Origin: Solirubrobacteraceae bacterium
GTDB lineage: Bacteria > Actinomycetota > Thermoleophilia > Solirubrobacterales > Solirubrobacteraceae
DNA length: 64,000 bases
Reading direction: 5' to 3'
Assembly: GCA_049697735.1 (NCBI GenBank)
Contig: JBAVWI010000020.1
Location: 7,174-71,173 of the forward strand
The notes under the pieces were generated by a model. That model saw only the letters and a program-made list of their open reading frames with translations. It was not told the origin of the DNA and made no database searches. This document shows, in pieces, positions 1 to 7,479 of the stretch. The position numbers and the translations under genes are program-made. Every line of letters begins with the position of its first letter. Within the stretch, counting starts at the first letter, position 1.

Positions 1-568
1 GGAAGCGCTCGATGAACACGCGGCTGTCGCCGAACCCGGCTTGGGCTTCACGGCGCGCCGAGGCGAGCGCCGCGGGCAGCTGCGCCCGAGCCGGGACTAC
101 GCGCATGCCGCGCCCGCCCCCACCGCCGGCGGCCTTGACCAGCAGGGGGTAGGGGGCGTTGCGCTTGGCGGCCGCCTCCTCACTGAAGCTCGGCACCACC
201 GGCACCCCGGCCTCCTCGGCAGCGGCCTTGGCGCGGAGCTTGTCGCCCATCAGCTCGCTGGCTTCGGGAGGTGGACCGACGAAGACGACACCGGCTGCCT
301 GGCAGGCACGGCCCAGGTCTGGGTTCTCAGACAAGAAGCCGTAGCCGGGGTGGAGGGCGACGGCGCCGGTGCGCGTACACGCGTCCACGATCTCGTCGAT
401 CGCGAGGTAGGAGGAAACGGCGACCGCGGTGCCCGCCTCGCGTACGTGCAGCGCTGTGCGGTCGCCCGGCGTGTGGACGGCCACTGACCCGAGGCCGAGC
501 CGGTCAAGCGTCCTGATCACGCGGCGCGCGATCTCGCCCCGGTTGGCAATCAGCACGCGCTCGGGCAT
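1..568 (-). CDS. acyl-CoA (methylcrotonyl/propionyl-type) carboxylase alpha subunit, biotin carboxylase N-terminal part; gene runs off the window start
   Basis: Own reverse-strand translation from ATG 568-566 reads MPERVLIANRGEIARRVIRTL...HPGYGFLSENPDL...LLVKAAGGGGGRGMRVV, which is the biotin-carboxylase ATP-grasp signature. ATGA overlap with the stop of the upstream HMG-CoA lyase gene. Absent from the ORF track because it is open-ended. Confidence 0.85.
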   Translation of the reverse strand, partial: MPERVLIANRGEIARRVIRTLDRLGLGSVAVHTPGDRTALHVREAGTAVAVSSYLAIDEIVDACTRTGAVALHPGYGFLSENPDLGRACQAAGVVFVGPPPEASELMGDKLRAKAAAEEAGVPVVPSFSEEAAAKRNAPYPLLVKAAGGGGGRGMRVVPARAQLPAALASARREAQAGFGDSRVFIERF

Positions 569-1497
569 CAGCGGTGCCAGTCGACCGGGCCGGCGATAAT
601 TGTGTGGCTGCCCAGCTCGCGGCCGAGGTGCTTCTGCACGGTGCGTGAGCACGCGATCAGAGCCGTGAGATCGATGCCGGTCTGCACGCCGCTCTCGTGA
701 AGCATCGAGACGACGTCCTCGGTGGCGACGTTTCCGGTGGCGCCGGGTGGTACCGGGCATCCCCCCAGTTCCCCGAAGCTGGACTCAAACGAGTCCACCC
801 CTACTTCGAGGGCGGCGAAGACATTGGCCAGGCCCTGGCCACGGGTGTTGTGGAAATGGGCCGTCAACTCGATCCCCGGCAGGGCTCTCCGCGCGGCCGC
901 GAAGAAGCTCTGGACCTGGCGGGGGTTGGCCATTCCGGTGGTGTCCCCAAAGCCGATCTCATGCGCTCCCGCAGCGGCCAGCCGGCCCGCGATCTCGAAC
1001 ACGCGCTCGGGCTCCACGTGGCCCTCGTAGGGACAGCCGAAGGCGACGCTGATCACAGCTTCGCAGCGCAGTCCGGCTTCCCGGGCGCGGGGTAGCACCC
1101 GTTCCAGGGCAGCCAGTGACTCCGGCACCGAGCGGTTGACGTTCTTTCGGTTGTGGCTCTCGGTGGCCGACATGAAGACGTTGATCTCGTCAAAGTGCGA
1201 GCGCAGGGGGAGCGCGTTCTCGAGGCCGCGCTCGTTGGGGATCAGAACTCCGCGGCTGACCTCGGGCGGAATGTCGATGGCCGCCAGAACCTCGGGGGCG
1301 TCGGCGAGCTGGGGAATCACGTCCGCCCGCACGAAGCTGGTGATCTCCAGCCGGCGCAGACCGGTCCGGGCGAGCGCGTTGATCAGCTCTACCTTGACCT
1401 CGGTGGGGATGATCTCGGGTTCGTTCTGAAACCCGTCGCGGGGGCCGACCTCGCGGATCCGCGCCGTCCGGATCGGGGTCTCAATGCCCGCGGCCAC
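568..1497 (-). CDS. hydroxymethylglutaryl-CoA lyase
   Basis: 309-aa ORF with HMGL-like motifs VGPRDGFQNE, GDTTGMANP and HFHNTRGQGLANV. Sits between an acyl-CoA dehydrogenase and a carboxylase gene. Confidence 0.9.
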   Translation of the reverse strand: MAAGIETPIRTARIREVGPRDGFQNEPEIIPTEVKVELINALARTGLRRLEITSFVRADVIPQLADAPEVLAAIDIPPEVSRGVLIPNERGLENALPLRSHFDEINVFMSATESHNRKNVNRSVPESLAALERVLPRAREAGLRCEAVISVAFGCPYEGHVEPERVFEIAGRLAAAGAHEIGFGDTTGMANPRQVQSFFAAARRALPGIELTAHFHNTRGQGLANVFAALEVGVDSFESSFGELGGCPVPPGATGNVATEDVVSMLHESGVQTGIDLTALIACSRTVQKHLGRELGSHTIIAGPVDWHR

Positions 1498-1504
1498 TTG
1501 GTCC

Positions 1505-2665
1505 TCAGGCGCCGAGCCCGCGGGCGATCACCATCTGCTGGACTTCGTCGGTCCCTTCACCGATGGTGAGGATCTTCGCGTCGCGGTAGAAGCGACACAC
1601 CGGGTACTCCTCGATGTACCCGTAGCCACCGTGGATCTGGACGGCCTCCTCGGCCGCTCGAACGGCCAGCCGGCCGGTCTTGAGCTTGGCCTGGGCGGCC
1701 GTGAGTCCGAACGGCTCACCCTCGTCCTTGAGCCAGGCCGACTTGTACGTGAGCAGGCGGGCGGCCTCGATCTCGGTGGCCAGATCGGCGAGCTTGGCCT
1801 GGATGGTCTGGAACTTCGAGATCGGACGGCCGAAGGCGCGCCGCTCTCGGGCGTAGGCGAGGGCTTGGTCGAGGGCGCCCTGGGCGAGCCCGACGCCCAT
1901 CGCCGCCACGCCGATGCGTCCGATGTCGAGCACGTGCAGAAACTGCCGGAAGCCGTCTCCTCGACCGCCCAGCAGGTTGTCCTCGGGCACCCGGCAGTCG
2001 GTGAAGCTCAGCGGGCGGGTGTCGGAGGCGTTCCAGCCCATCTTGCGGTACGGCTCGGCCTGCTCATAGCCCGGGGTACCGTTGGGGATGACGAAGTTGG
2101 AGATCTCCGGCCCCCCGCCTTGACCGGCTGTGTCCCCGGTGCGGGCCGTGATGCTGACCACCCCCGAGATGTCGGTGCCCGCATTGGTGATGAACTGCTT
2201 GGCGCCGTTGATGATCCACTCTCCGTCGCTCAAATCGGCCCGCGTCTTGGTGTTGCCGGCGTCTGATCCCGCCTCGGGCTCGGTGAGACCGAAGGCACCC
2301 AGGACCTGTCCGGCGCACAGCTGCGGCAGCCACTGCGCCTTCTGCTCCTCAGTCCCGAACAGGTAGATCGGCTGGGTCCCGAGCGATGTATGGGCGCAGA
2401 GCGTGATGGCCACGCTCGAATCCACCCGGGTCAGTTCCTCGACCGCGATCGCGTACTGAAGGGTGCTGCCGCCGGCACCCCCGACCGATTCCGGGAACGG
2501 GATCCCCATCCACCCCAGATCGGCCATCTTGGCGACGATCTCGTAGGGGAAGGACTTGGTTCGGTCGAGCTCCCCGGCGACGGGGGCGATCTCGGCCTCG
2601 GCGAACTCTCGAACCGTGCGCTGGAGCAGCGCTGTGTCGTCATCGAGGGAAAAGTGCACGGCCAC
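1505..2665 (-). CDS. acyl-CoA dehydrogenase (isovaleryl-CoA dehydrogenase-like by context)
   Basis: 386-aa ORF with GLTEPEAGSD and a C-terminal IHGGYGYIEEYPVCRFYRDAKILTIGEGTDEVQ acyl-CoA dehydrogenase signature. Confidence 0.9.
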   Translation of the reverse strand: MAVHFSLDDDTALLQRTVREFAEAEIAPVAGELDRTKSFPYEIVAKMADLGWMGIPFPESVGGAGGSTLQYAIAVEELTRVDSSVAITLCAHTSLGTQPIYLFGTEEQKAQWLPQLCAGQVLGAFGLTEPEAGSDAGNTKTRADLSDGEWIINGAKQFITNAGTDISGVVSITARTGDTAGQGGGPEISNFVIPNGTPGYEQAEPYRKMGWNASDTRPLSFTDCRVPEDNLLGGRGDGFRQFLHVLDIGRIGVAAMGVGLAQGALDQALAYARERRAFGRPISKFQTIQAKLADLATEIEAARLLTYKSAWLKDEGEPFGLTAAQAKLKTGRLAVRAAEEAVQIHGGYGYIEEYPVCRFYRDAKILTIGEGTDEVQQMVIARGLGA

Positions 2666-2691
2666 ACATTACCGAACTTTCGTGCGGATTT

Positions 2692-2705
2692 CGAATAGCT
2701 ATTCG
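2692..2705. promoter_or_regulatory. perfect 14-bp palindrome CGAATAGCTATTCG in the TetR/acyl-CoA dehydrogenase divergent gap (candidate TetR operator)
   Basis: Read directly from the sequence. It lies in the only AT-richer stretch of the 73-bp gap 2666-2738 and is flanked by a direct CGGATT repeat (2685-2690, 2704-2709). Confidence 0.45.
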
Positions 2706-2738
2706 GATTAAGCGAGCTCAGCAGTTAGGATTTACCCC

Positions 2739-3338
2739 GTGCCAGCGCGACCCACACGTCCCGCCCTCCAGCAGCGCTACGACCGCCGGCGCCAGGAAAT
2801 GATCTTCGCCGCCGCCCGGGAGTTCGCCGACCGCGGCTATGACCAGACCACGATGCAGGACCTGGCCAGCTCCCTGGGCCTGGCCACCGGTGCTCTCTAC
2901 CACTACTTCGGCAGCAAGGAGCACCTGCTGATCTGCATCTGCGACGAGTTGATGGAGCCACTGCTCACCCGTGCCCGTGAGCTCGTGCTCGACGACGCGT
3001 CGCCCCGCGACTCACTGCGCTCGCTGGTGCGACTGTGGGTGGCCAACGTGATCGAGCATCGCGATCACATGCGCGTCTTCCAGCAGGAGCGGCACACGAT
3101 CGAGTCGGGTTCGCAATGGCGCGGCATCCGCGAGAGCCGCAAGGCCTTCGAGCGCCTGATCGAGCACGCCCTCGAAGAGGCCGGCGCCACCGGCCCGGGC
3201 CGGATGTCGACCCGGCTGGCTCTAGTGGCCCTGCTCGGCATGGTCAACCACACCGCCCAGTGGTACCGCCCTCGCGGCCGCTTCAGCGCCGAGGAGATCG
3301 CCGACGGCTACCTCTCGCTGCTGCTCTGCGAACCCTGA
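2739..3338 (+). CDS. TetR/AcrR family transcriptional regulator
   Basis: 199-aa ORF with a GTG start. The N-terminal HTH FAAAREFADRGYDQTTMQDLASSLGLATGALYHYFGSKEHL is typical of TetR. Divergent from the catabolic operon. Confidence 0.9.
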   Translation: MPARPTRPALQQRYDRRRQEMIFAAAREFADRGYDQTTMQDLASSLGLATGALYHYFGSKEHLLICICDELMEPLLTRARELVLDDASPRDSLRSLVRLWVANVIEHRDHMRVFQQERHTIESGSQWRGIRESRKAFERLIEHALEEAGATGPGRMSTRLALVALLGMVNHTAQWYRPRGRFSAEEIADGYLSLLLCEP

Positions 3339-3387
3339 CGCGCCCTCGCCCGGGCCGATCCGCTGGGGTCTAAACTCGGCCCGCGAA

Positions 3388-3460
3388 GGGGCCATAGCTC
3401 AGTTGGGAGAGCGCCTGCTTTGCAAGCAGGAGGTCGCCGGTTCGATCCCGGCTGGCTCCA
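3388..3460 (+). tRNA. tRNA-Ala (anticodon TGC)
   Basis: 73-nt cloverleaf folded by hand. Acceptor GGGGCCA/TGGCTCC contains the G3:U70 Ala identity pair; anticodon arm is CCTGC-TTTGCAA-GCAGG; T-arm is GCCGG-TTCGATC-CCGGC; discriminator is A. CCA is not encoded. Confidence 0.93.
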
Positions 3461-3607
3461 CTTCACGGACTCCCTGCAAATCGGACGGTTTTGTGCGGCG
3501 TCGTCGACGGGGAACTGGAACGAATTTACGGAGGAGGGGGCGTGGCGGGGGCATCAGGTCGACCCCCCGGACCGTACGACCCGATTCGTCTATGAAAACA
3601 CTGAGGG

Positions 3608-3997
3608 CTACGGGGGCGCGGCTGAGAGACCCGGTTTCGTGATCGCGCGGGACTGAGTGCCGCCGTTCTCGGCGGCGGCTGAGGCGGCCCGGCGGATGCT
3701 CGCATCCGCCTTGGCGCGTCTCTCGGCGTCGTCTCGGAGATGCGCGTCGTGCCACGAAAGCGCAACTGGGGCGAGAGGTTCGTCGGTCCGATACTCGATG
3801 GCGGGCGCTAGACCGAGACGGTGTCGTCGGGTGTCTCTGTAGACCCGGTTGCCGGGAATCATTTCGGACGGTCTGTATGCGAATCGGTGGCGCCAGCAGC
3901 CTCTCGAGACATCGTGCGCGCGGGCGTGCTCGGGCCGGGGTTCGGCCTGTGACACGTCGGCGATCGGTGTCGCCGCTTCGGCGCTCTGATCGCTCAC
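3608..3997 (-). CDS. hypothetical protein (weak call)
   Basis: 129-aa ORF in an otherwise empty 560-bp stretch. Third-position GC by eye is moderately high. No recognisable motif. Confidence 0.25.
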   Translation of the reverse strand: MSDQSAEAATPIADVSQAEPRPEHARAHDVSRGCWRHRFAYRPSEMIPGNRVYRDTRRHRLGLAPAIEYRTDEPLAPVALSWHDAHLRDDAERRAKADASIRRAASAAAENGGTQSRAITKPGLSAAPP

Positions 3998-4018
3998 GAC
4001 ATCGGGGTGGAGCCCGTC

Positions 4019-4459
4019 CTACTCGCTCGCGCGGATGGCGCGTTCGAGTCGTGCGAACGCGTTCGGGACGCCGCGCCCGTGTTCCTCGCGCAGCTCCGCG
4101 GTGGGGAAGCCGGACTGGACGATGGTCATGAGCGTACGGCCGTCCTCTTCCTCGAATGTGACCTCGACGGAGAAGTCGAAGCTTGGCCGGTCGGGAACGT
4201 GCTCGGTCGTCGCGAGCACGAGTCGTCGCGGGCGGTCGACGATCTCGAAGACGCTGCGGTGGTGGTAGAGGTGGTCCGGCGAGGGGCCGAACGTGACCGT
4301 CCACAGGCCGCCCACTCGGAGGTCGCACTCGGAGCGGACGATCCAGCCTGGGTCGTCGGTGCCGTAGAAGGCCTCCTGCCCGCCCTTCGAGGTGAATGCC
4401 TCGTAGACGACGTCGGGCGGCGCGTCGATCACGCGCGCAAGTCTTAATTCGTCGGTCAT
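4019..4459 (-). CDS. SRPBCC / AHSA1 (Aha1-like START fold) domain protein
   Basis: Start trimmed to MTDELRLARVIDAPPDVVYEAFT...; typical AHSA1-type sequence. ATGA start/stop overlap with the upstream ArsR gene. Confidence 0.8.
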   Translation of the reverse strand: MTDELRLARVIDAPPDVVYEAFTSKGGQEAFYGTDDPGWIVRSECDLRVGGLWTVTFGPSPDHLYHHRSVFEIVDRPRRLVLATTEHVPDRPSFDFSVEVTFEEEDGRTLMTIVQSGFPTAELREEHGRGVPNAFARLERAIRASE

Positions 4460-4791
4460 CGGTGCTCTTCGACGTATGCGCCGAACCGGTCCAGCCGGCG
4501 TTCCCATTCGCGCCGGTAGCTGTCGATCCAGCTTGTCGCGTCCTTTAGTTGCGCTGGGCCGAGCCGGCACTCGCGCGCGCGGCCAACCTTCTCGGTGATG
4601 ACGAGGTCGACGGTCTCGAGGATGCCGACGTGCTTCTTGAGGCCATTGAGCGTCAGGCCGAACGGCTCGGCGAGCTCGCCGATCGTCGCCGGTCCACGCG
4701 CGAGCCGTTCGAGGATGCTGCGGCGCGTCGGGTCCGACAGCGCGAAAAACGTTCGATCCAATGTCTGGCTATGCTGCACCGATTGGTGCAT
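4456..4791 (-). CDS. ArsR/SmtB family transcriptional regulator
   Basis: FFALSDPTRRSILERLARGPATIGELAEPFGLTLNGLKKHVGILE winged-HTH. Start trimmed from a 238-aa shadow-extended ORF to ATG 4791. A perfect TATAAT (4795-4790, minus strand) overlaps that ATG, so GTG 4779 is an alternative leaderless-type start. Confidence 0.85.
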   Translation of the reverse strand: MHQSVQHSQTLDRTFFALSDPTRRSILERLARGPATIGELAEPFGLTLNGLKKHVGILETVDLVITEKVGRARECRLGPAQLKDATSWIDSYRREWERRLDRFGAYVEEHR

Positions 4792-4809
4792 TATACCGCG
4801 AGGGAGGAC

Positions 4810-5004
4810 ATGACTTCGATCAAGCCCACAGCCACGCCAGACGGTCCGTACCGCCTCGACGGCCAGGTCACGATCTTCGACCGCGAGGGACAGCCGATCC
4901 CCGATCGCGGCGCGCCCGTCTTCCTGTGCCGCTGCGGCCGCTCGGGCGATAAGCCGTTCTGTGATGGCTCGCACGGCCGCACCGGGTGGAAGGAGGACGC
5001 GTGA
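4810..5004 (+). CDS. CDGSH iron-sulfur domain protein
   Basis: 64 aa with CRCGRSGDKPFCDGSH, which matches the CDGSH 2Fe-2S motif. AGGGAGGA ribosome-binding site lies just upstream of ATG 4810. Confidence 0.85.
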   Translation: MTSIKPTATPDGPYRLDGQVTIFDREGQPIPDRGAPVFLCRCGRSGDKPFCDGSHGRTGWKEDA

Positions 5005-5585
5005 GCGGCGAGCCGGCGCAGCGCCGGCTGATTCTGTACATGTCGATGTCGCTCGACGGCTTTGCCGCTCGCCGCGACGGGACGATGGACTGGCTGGGCG
5101 AGAGGCAACCGCACGGCGCCCATCGTCAGCGAGTGGTGGCCGAGCTGCTCGGCCAGACCGGGATGCTCGCACTCGGTCGCCGCGGCGGGGCGCAAATGGC
5201 GCAGGCGTGGCCGGGCTCGATCAGTCCGACCGGCGAGCTCATGAACGCGCTGCCGAAGGTTGTGTTCTCGAGCACGCTCACCGAGCTCGACTGGAGCAAC
5301 GCGCGGGTCAGCGGTCGGCCGGTGGAAGAGGAGATCCCGGAGCTCAAGGCCGAGCCCGGCAAGGACATCGTCGTCTTCGGCGGCGTGAGCTTCGCCCGCT
5401 CACTCGCGGCCCACGGCCTGATCGACGAGTACCGGATCAACGTCCAACCGGTCGCGCTCGGCGACGGCCTGCCGCTGCTGGGAGGGCTGCCCGAGCCCCA
5501 GCCGCTCGAGCTGGTCGCCAGCACCGCCTGGGCCGACGGCCCCATCACCCAGACCTACGTACCGCGCCCGGAGAGGACGAACTGA
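5001..5585 (+). CDS. dihydrofolate reductase-like (RibD C-terminal domain) family protein
   Basis: LILYMSMSLDGFAARRDG...IVVFGGVSFARSLAAHGLIDEYRINVQPVALGDG. GTG 5001 overlaps the CDGSH stop (GTGA) and follows GGAAGGAGGA. Confidence 0.8.
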   Translation: MSGEPAQRRLILYMSMSLDGFAARRDGTMDWLGERQPHGAHRQRVVAELLGQTGMLALGRRGGAQMAQAWPGSISPTGELMNALPKVVFSSTLTELDWSNARVSGRPVEEEIPELKAEPGKDIVVFGGVSFARSLAAHGLIDEYRINVQPVALGDGLPLLGGLPEPQPLELVASTAWADGPITQTYVPRPERTN

Positions 5586-6160
5586 TGACCCGCGTAATCT
5601 GCGACATGTCGATGTCGCTCGACGGCTACGTCACCGGCCCGAACGACAGCCGCGAGAACCCGTTCGGCGATGGCGCCGAGATGCTGCACGACTGGATCTT
5701 CGACGCAGCGACCGACGAGGACCGGGCCGTCCTGCAGGACGTGCGCGACGGCGTCGGCGCGATCGTGATGGGTCGCACGTCGTTTGACAAGAACGAGGGC
5801 GATGGCGGCTGGGACGACGGCGGCCCCCTCGGCGATACCCCCTGCTTCGTAGTCACGCATCGCGCGCCGGAAAGATCCCATCCGTCGATCTACACGTTCG
5901 TCACCGACGGCGTGGCCACCGCGATCGAGCAGGCCAAGCAGACAGCGGGCAAGAAGAAGGTCAGCCTGTTCGGGGCGACCGTCATGCAGCAGGCGCTCCC
6001 GCTTGGCGTGGTCGACGAGATCCGCGTGCACGTGATCCCCGTTCTGCTCGGCGGCGGCACGCCGCTGTTCTCGACCCTGGACTCGACGATCAGCCTTGAA
6101 CGGACCCAGGTGGTGGCGACCCCGGCCGCGACCCACCTGCGATTCCGCGTGGTGCACTAA
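5585..6160 (+). CDS. dihydrofolate reductase-like (RibD C-terminal domain) family protein
   Basis: MTRVICDMSMSLDGYVTGPND...VDEIRVHVIPVLLGGGTPLF. ATG 5585 overlaps the previous stop (TGATG). The listed 399-aa ORF is an Arg-rich artefactual N-terminal extension. Confidence 0.8.
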   Translation: MTRVICDMSMSLDGYVTGPNDSRENPFGDGAEMLHDWIFDAATDEDRAVLQDVRDGVGAIVMGRTSFDKNEGDGGWDDGGPLGDTPCFVVTHRAPERSHPSIYTFVTDGVATAIEQAKQTAGKKKVSLFGATVMQQALPLGVVDEIRVHVIPVLLGGGTPLFSTLDSTISLERTQVVATPAATHLRFRVVH

Positions 6161-6258
6161 CAGGCCGAAACGAGCGACGCTAGCCGAAGAGTGGCTCGGA
6201 CCGAACAACGCGTGCCGTCCGCAAGGCTGCACTTCCGCGACGGACTGAGGTCCGGCCG

Positions 6259-6860
6259 TTGGCTTCGGCGACGATCGAGCGGATGCGAGCGGCGAGTTCG
6301 CCGCGCGACGCGACGCTGATCAGCGTCCTGGCGTACGCCGGGCTCAGGTCCGGTGAGGCGCTGGCGCTCCAATGGCGCGACGTCCGCGAGCAGACGATCC
6401 TCGTCGAGCGCGCGATATCGCTTGGCGAGGAGAAGGACACGAAGACGGCCGCTCACCGGACGGTGCGTGTCCTGCAGCCGCTCGCCGTAGACCTCCGCGA
6501 GTGGCGGCTGCGGAGCGGCCGACCGGGCGAGAACACGCTGATCTTCCCGTCGGAGGCCGGGACGCCCTGGACGCTCGCCGCGTACCAGTCGTGGCGCCGA
6601 CGGGCGTTCAGCGCGCGATCGAGGCGGCGGGGCTGGAGCACGGTCGTCCGTACGACCTCAGGCACTCGTTTGCGTCGCTTCTACTCCACGAGGGACGCTC
6701 GGTGATCTACGTCGCTCGCCAGCTCGGCCACGACGCGCGGCTCACCCTCAGCACCTATGGCCACGTGATGGACGAGTTTGAGGATATGCCGCGCCTCGAC
6801 GCGCAGACGGTGATCGCCGACGCAAGAGCGGCCCTGCCCGCGGCCGCATCCTCGAGCTGA
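6259..6860 (+). pseudogene. tyrosine recombinase/integrase remnant (catalytic domain only, frameshifted)
   Basis: One frame reads ...LISVLAYAGLRSGEALALQWRDV...TLIFPSEAGTPWTLAAYQSWRRRAF. It then continues in a second frame as ...QRAIEAAGLEHGRPYDLRHSFASLLLHEGRSVIYVARQLGHDARLTLSTYGHVMDE (R...HxxR...Y catalytic residues). The frame switch is near 6600. No N-terminal core-binding domain is visible upstream. Confidence 0.75.
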
Positions 6861-6950
6861 TGCAGCCGGGCAAGCGGGGCCGGCCTGTTCCCGCCGCCCC
6901 AAGTCACGAACGCCGAGGGGGCACCAGTTTGTCTCGGGCCGTCTTTTCGT

Positions 6951-7076
6951 GTCCTCCCGTGGCCAACAGAAATGCAAGCATTTGCAGGCATTTACGTGAC
7001 ACTGCGAGACACGAGTGGACAAACTGATCTGCTTTGCAAGCAGGAGGTCGCCGGTTCGATCCCGGCTGGCTCCACT
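6951..7076 (+). repeat. islet right-end repeat plus att copy 2 (48-bp tRNA-Ala 3' segment at 7029-7076)
   Basis: 7029-7076 is identical to 3415-3462. 6951-7028 is near-identical to 9283-9359. Confidence 0.85.
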
Positions 7077-7479
7077 ACGCGAAATACCTGCAAATCTGAT
7101 GGTTTCCTACGACGTCGTTGACGGGAAAGTGAAACGAAATCACGGAGGAGGGGGCATGGCGGGGGCATCAGGTCGACACCTGGACCGTCCGGCAACTGAG
7201 AGCGGGTGTTCGTCCGGCTTCTCCTATTAGCCCAAAGCAGCGGTGTGTGCCGGCGTCCGAACACTGCTGGTTCGGGCCCGTGGCGCTAGCTCACTCCCGG
7301 TCCGCTGGCTAGCACTGGCCGTGATTTCGCCCGGTGTGGAGCTCTAGCCCTTGTCGACGGGACCTTCGCTGTGCGGCGACCGGCTCACACGGCCTGCCAG
7401 CGACGGCTGAATGGCGGGCCCGGGCGCGAGGGAGCGGGAATGTTGCGGCAAGACGCTCGCCACGCGATAATGATGTTGC

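Larger units (their letters stand above)
3462..7075. mobile_element. decayed integrative islet A at tRNA-Ala (ArsR-SRPBCC, CDGSH, two RibD_C reductases, integrase remnant)
   Basis: Bounded by the intact tRNA 3' end (3415-3462) and an identical 48-bp direct copy (7029-7076). A frameshifted tyrosine-recombinase remnant lies at its right end. Confidence 0.6.

Noticed and set aside
3399-4328. 309-aa minus-strand ORF, extremely Arg/Pro-rich, running through the tRNA-Ala gene. Similar long ORFs occur at 30197-31345, 7975-9672, 39389-40948, 43171-44148, 57223-58377, 58399-59466 and 62676-63920.
   Set aside because: These are typical antisense or off-frame shadow ORFs of a high-GC genome. They have Arg/Pro/Ala/Gly-dominated composition, no motifs, and each overlaps a strongly supported gene or the tRNA on the other strand or frame.
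4961-6160. 399-aa ORF suggesting one large protein spanning both RibD_C genes.
   Set aside because: The first ~208 codons are an Arg-rich out-of-frame overlap of the well-supported 5001-5585 gene. A clean ATG at 5585, overlapping the previous stop, gives a normal 191-aa RibD_C protein.
7029-7076. The two extra copies of the tRNA-Ala 3' half (7029-7076, 9360-9407) as additional or pseudo tRNA genes.
   Set aside because: Only the anticodon-arm 3' side, variable loop, T-arm and acceptor 3' strand are present. The upstream sequence offers no complementary acceptor 5' strand or D-arm. They are att duplications, not genes.
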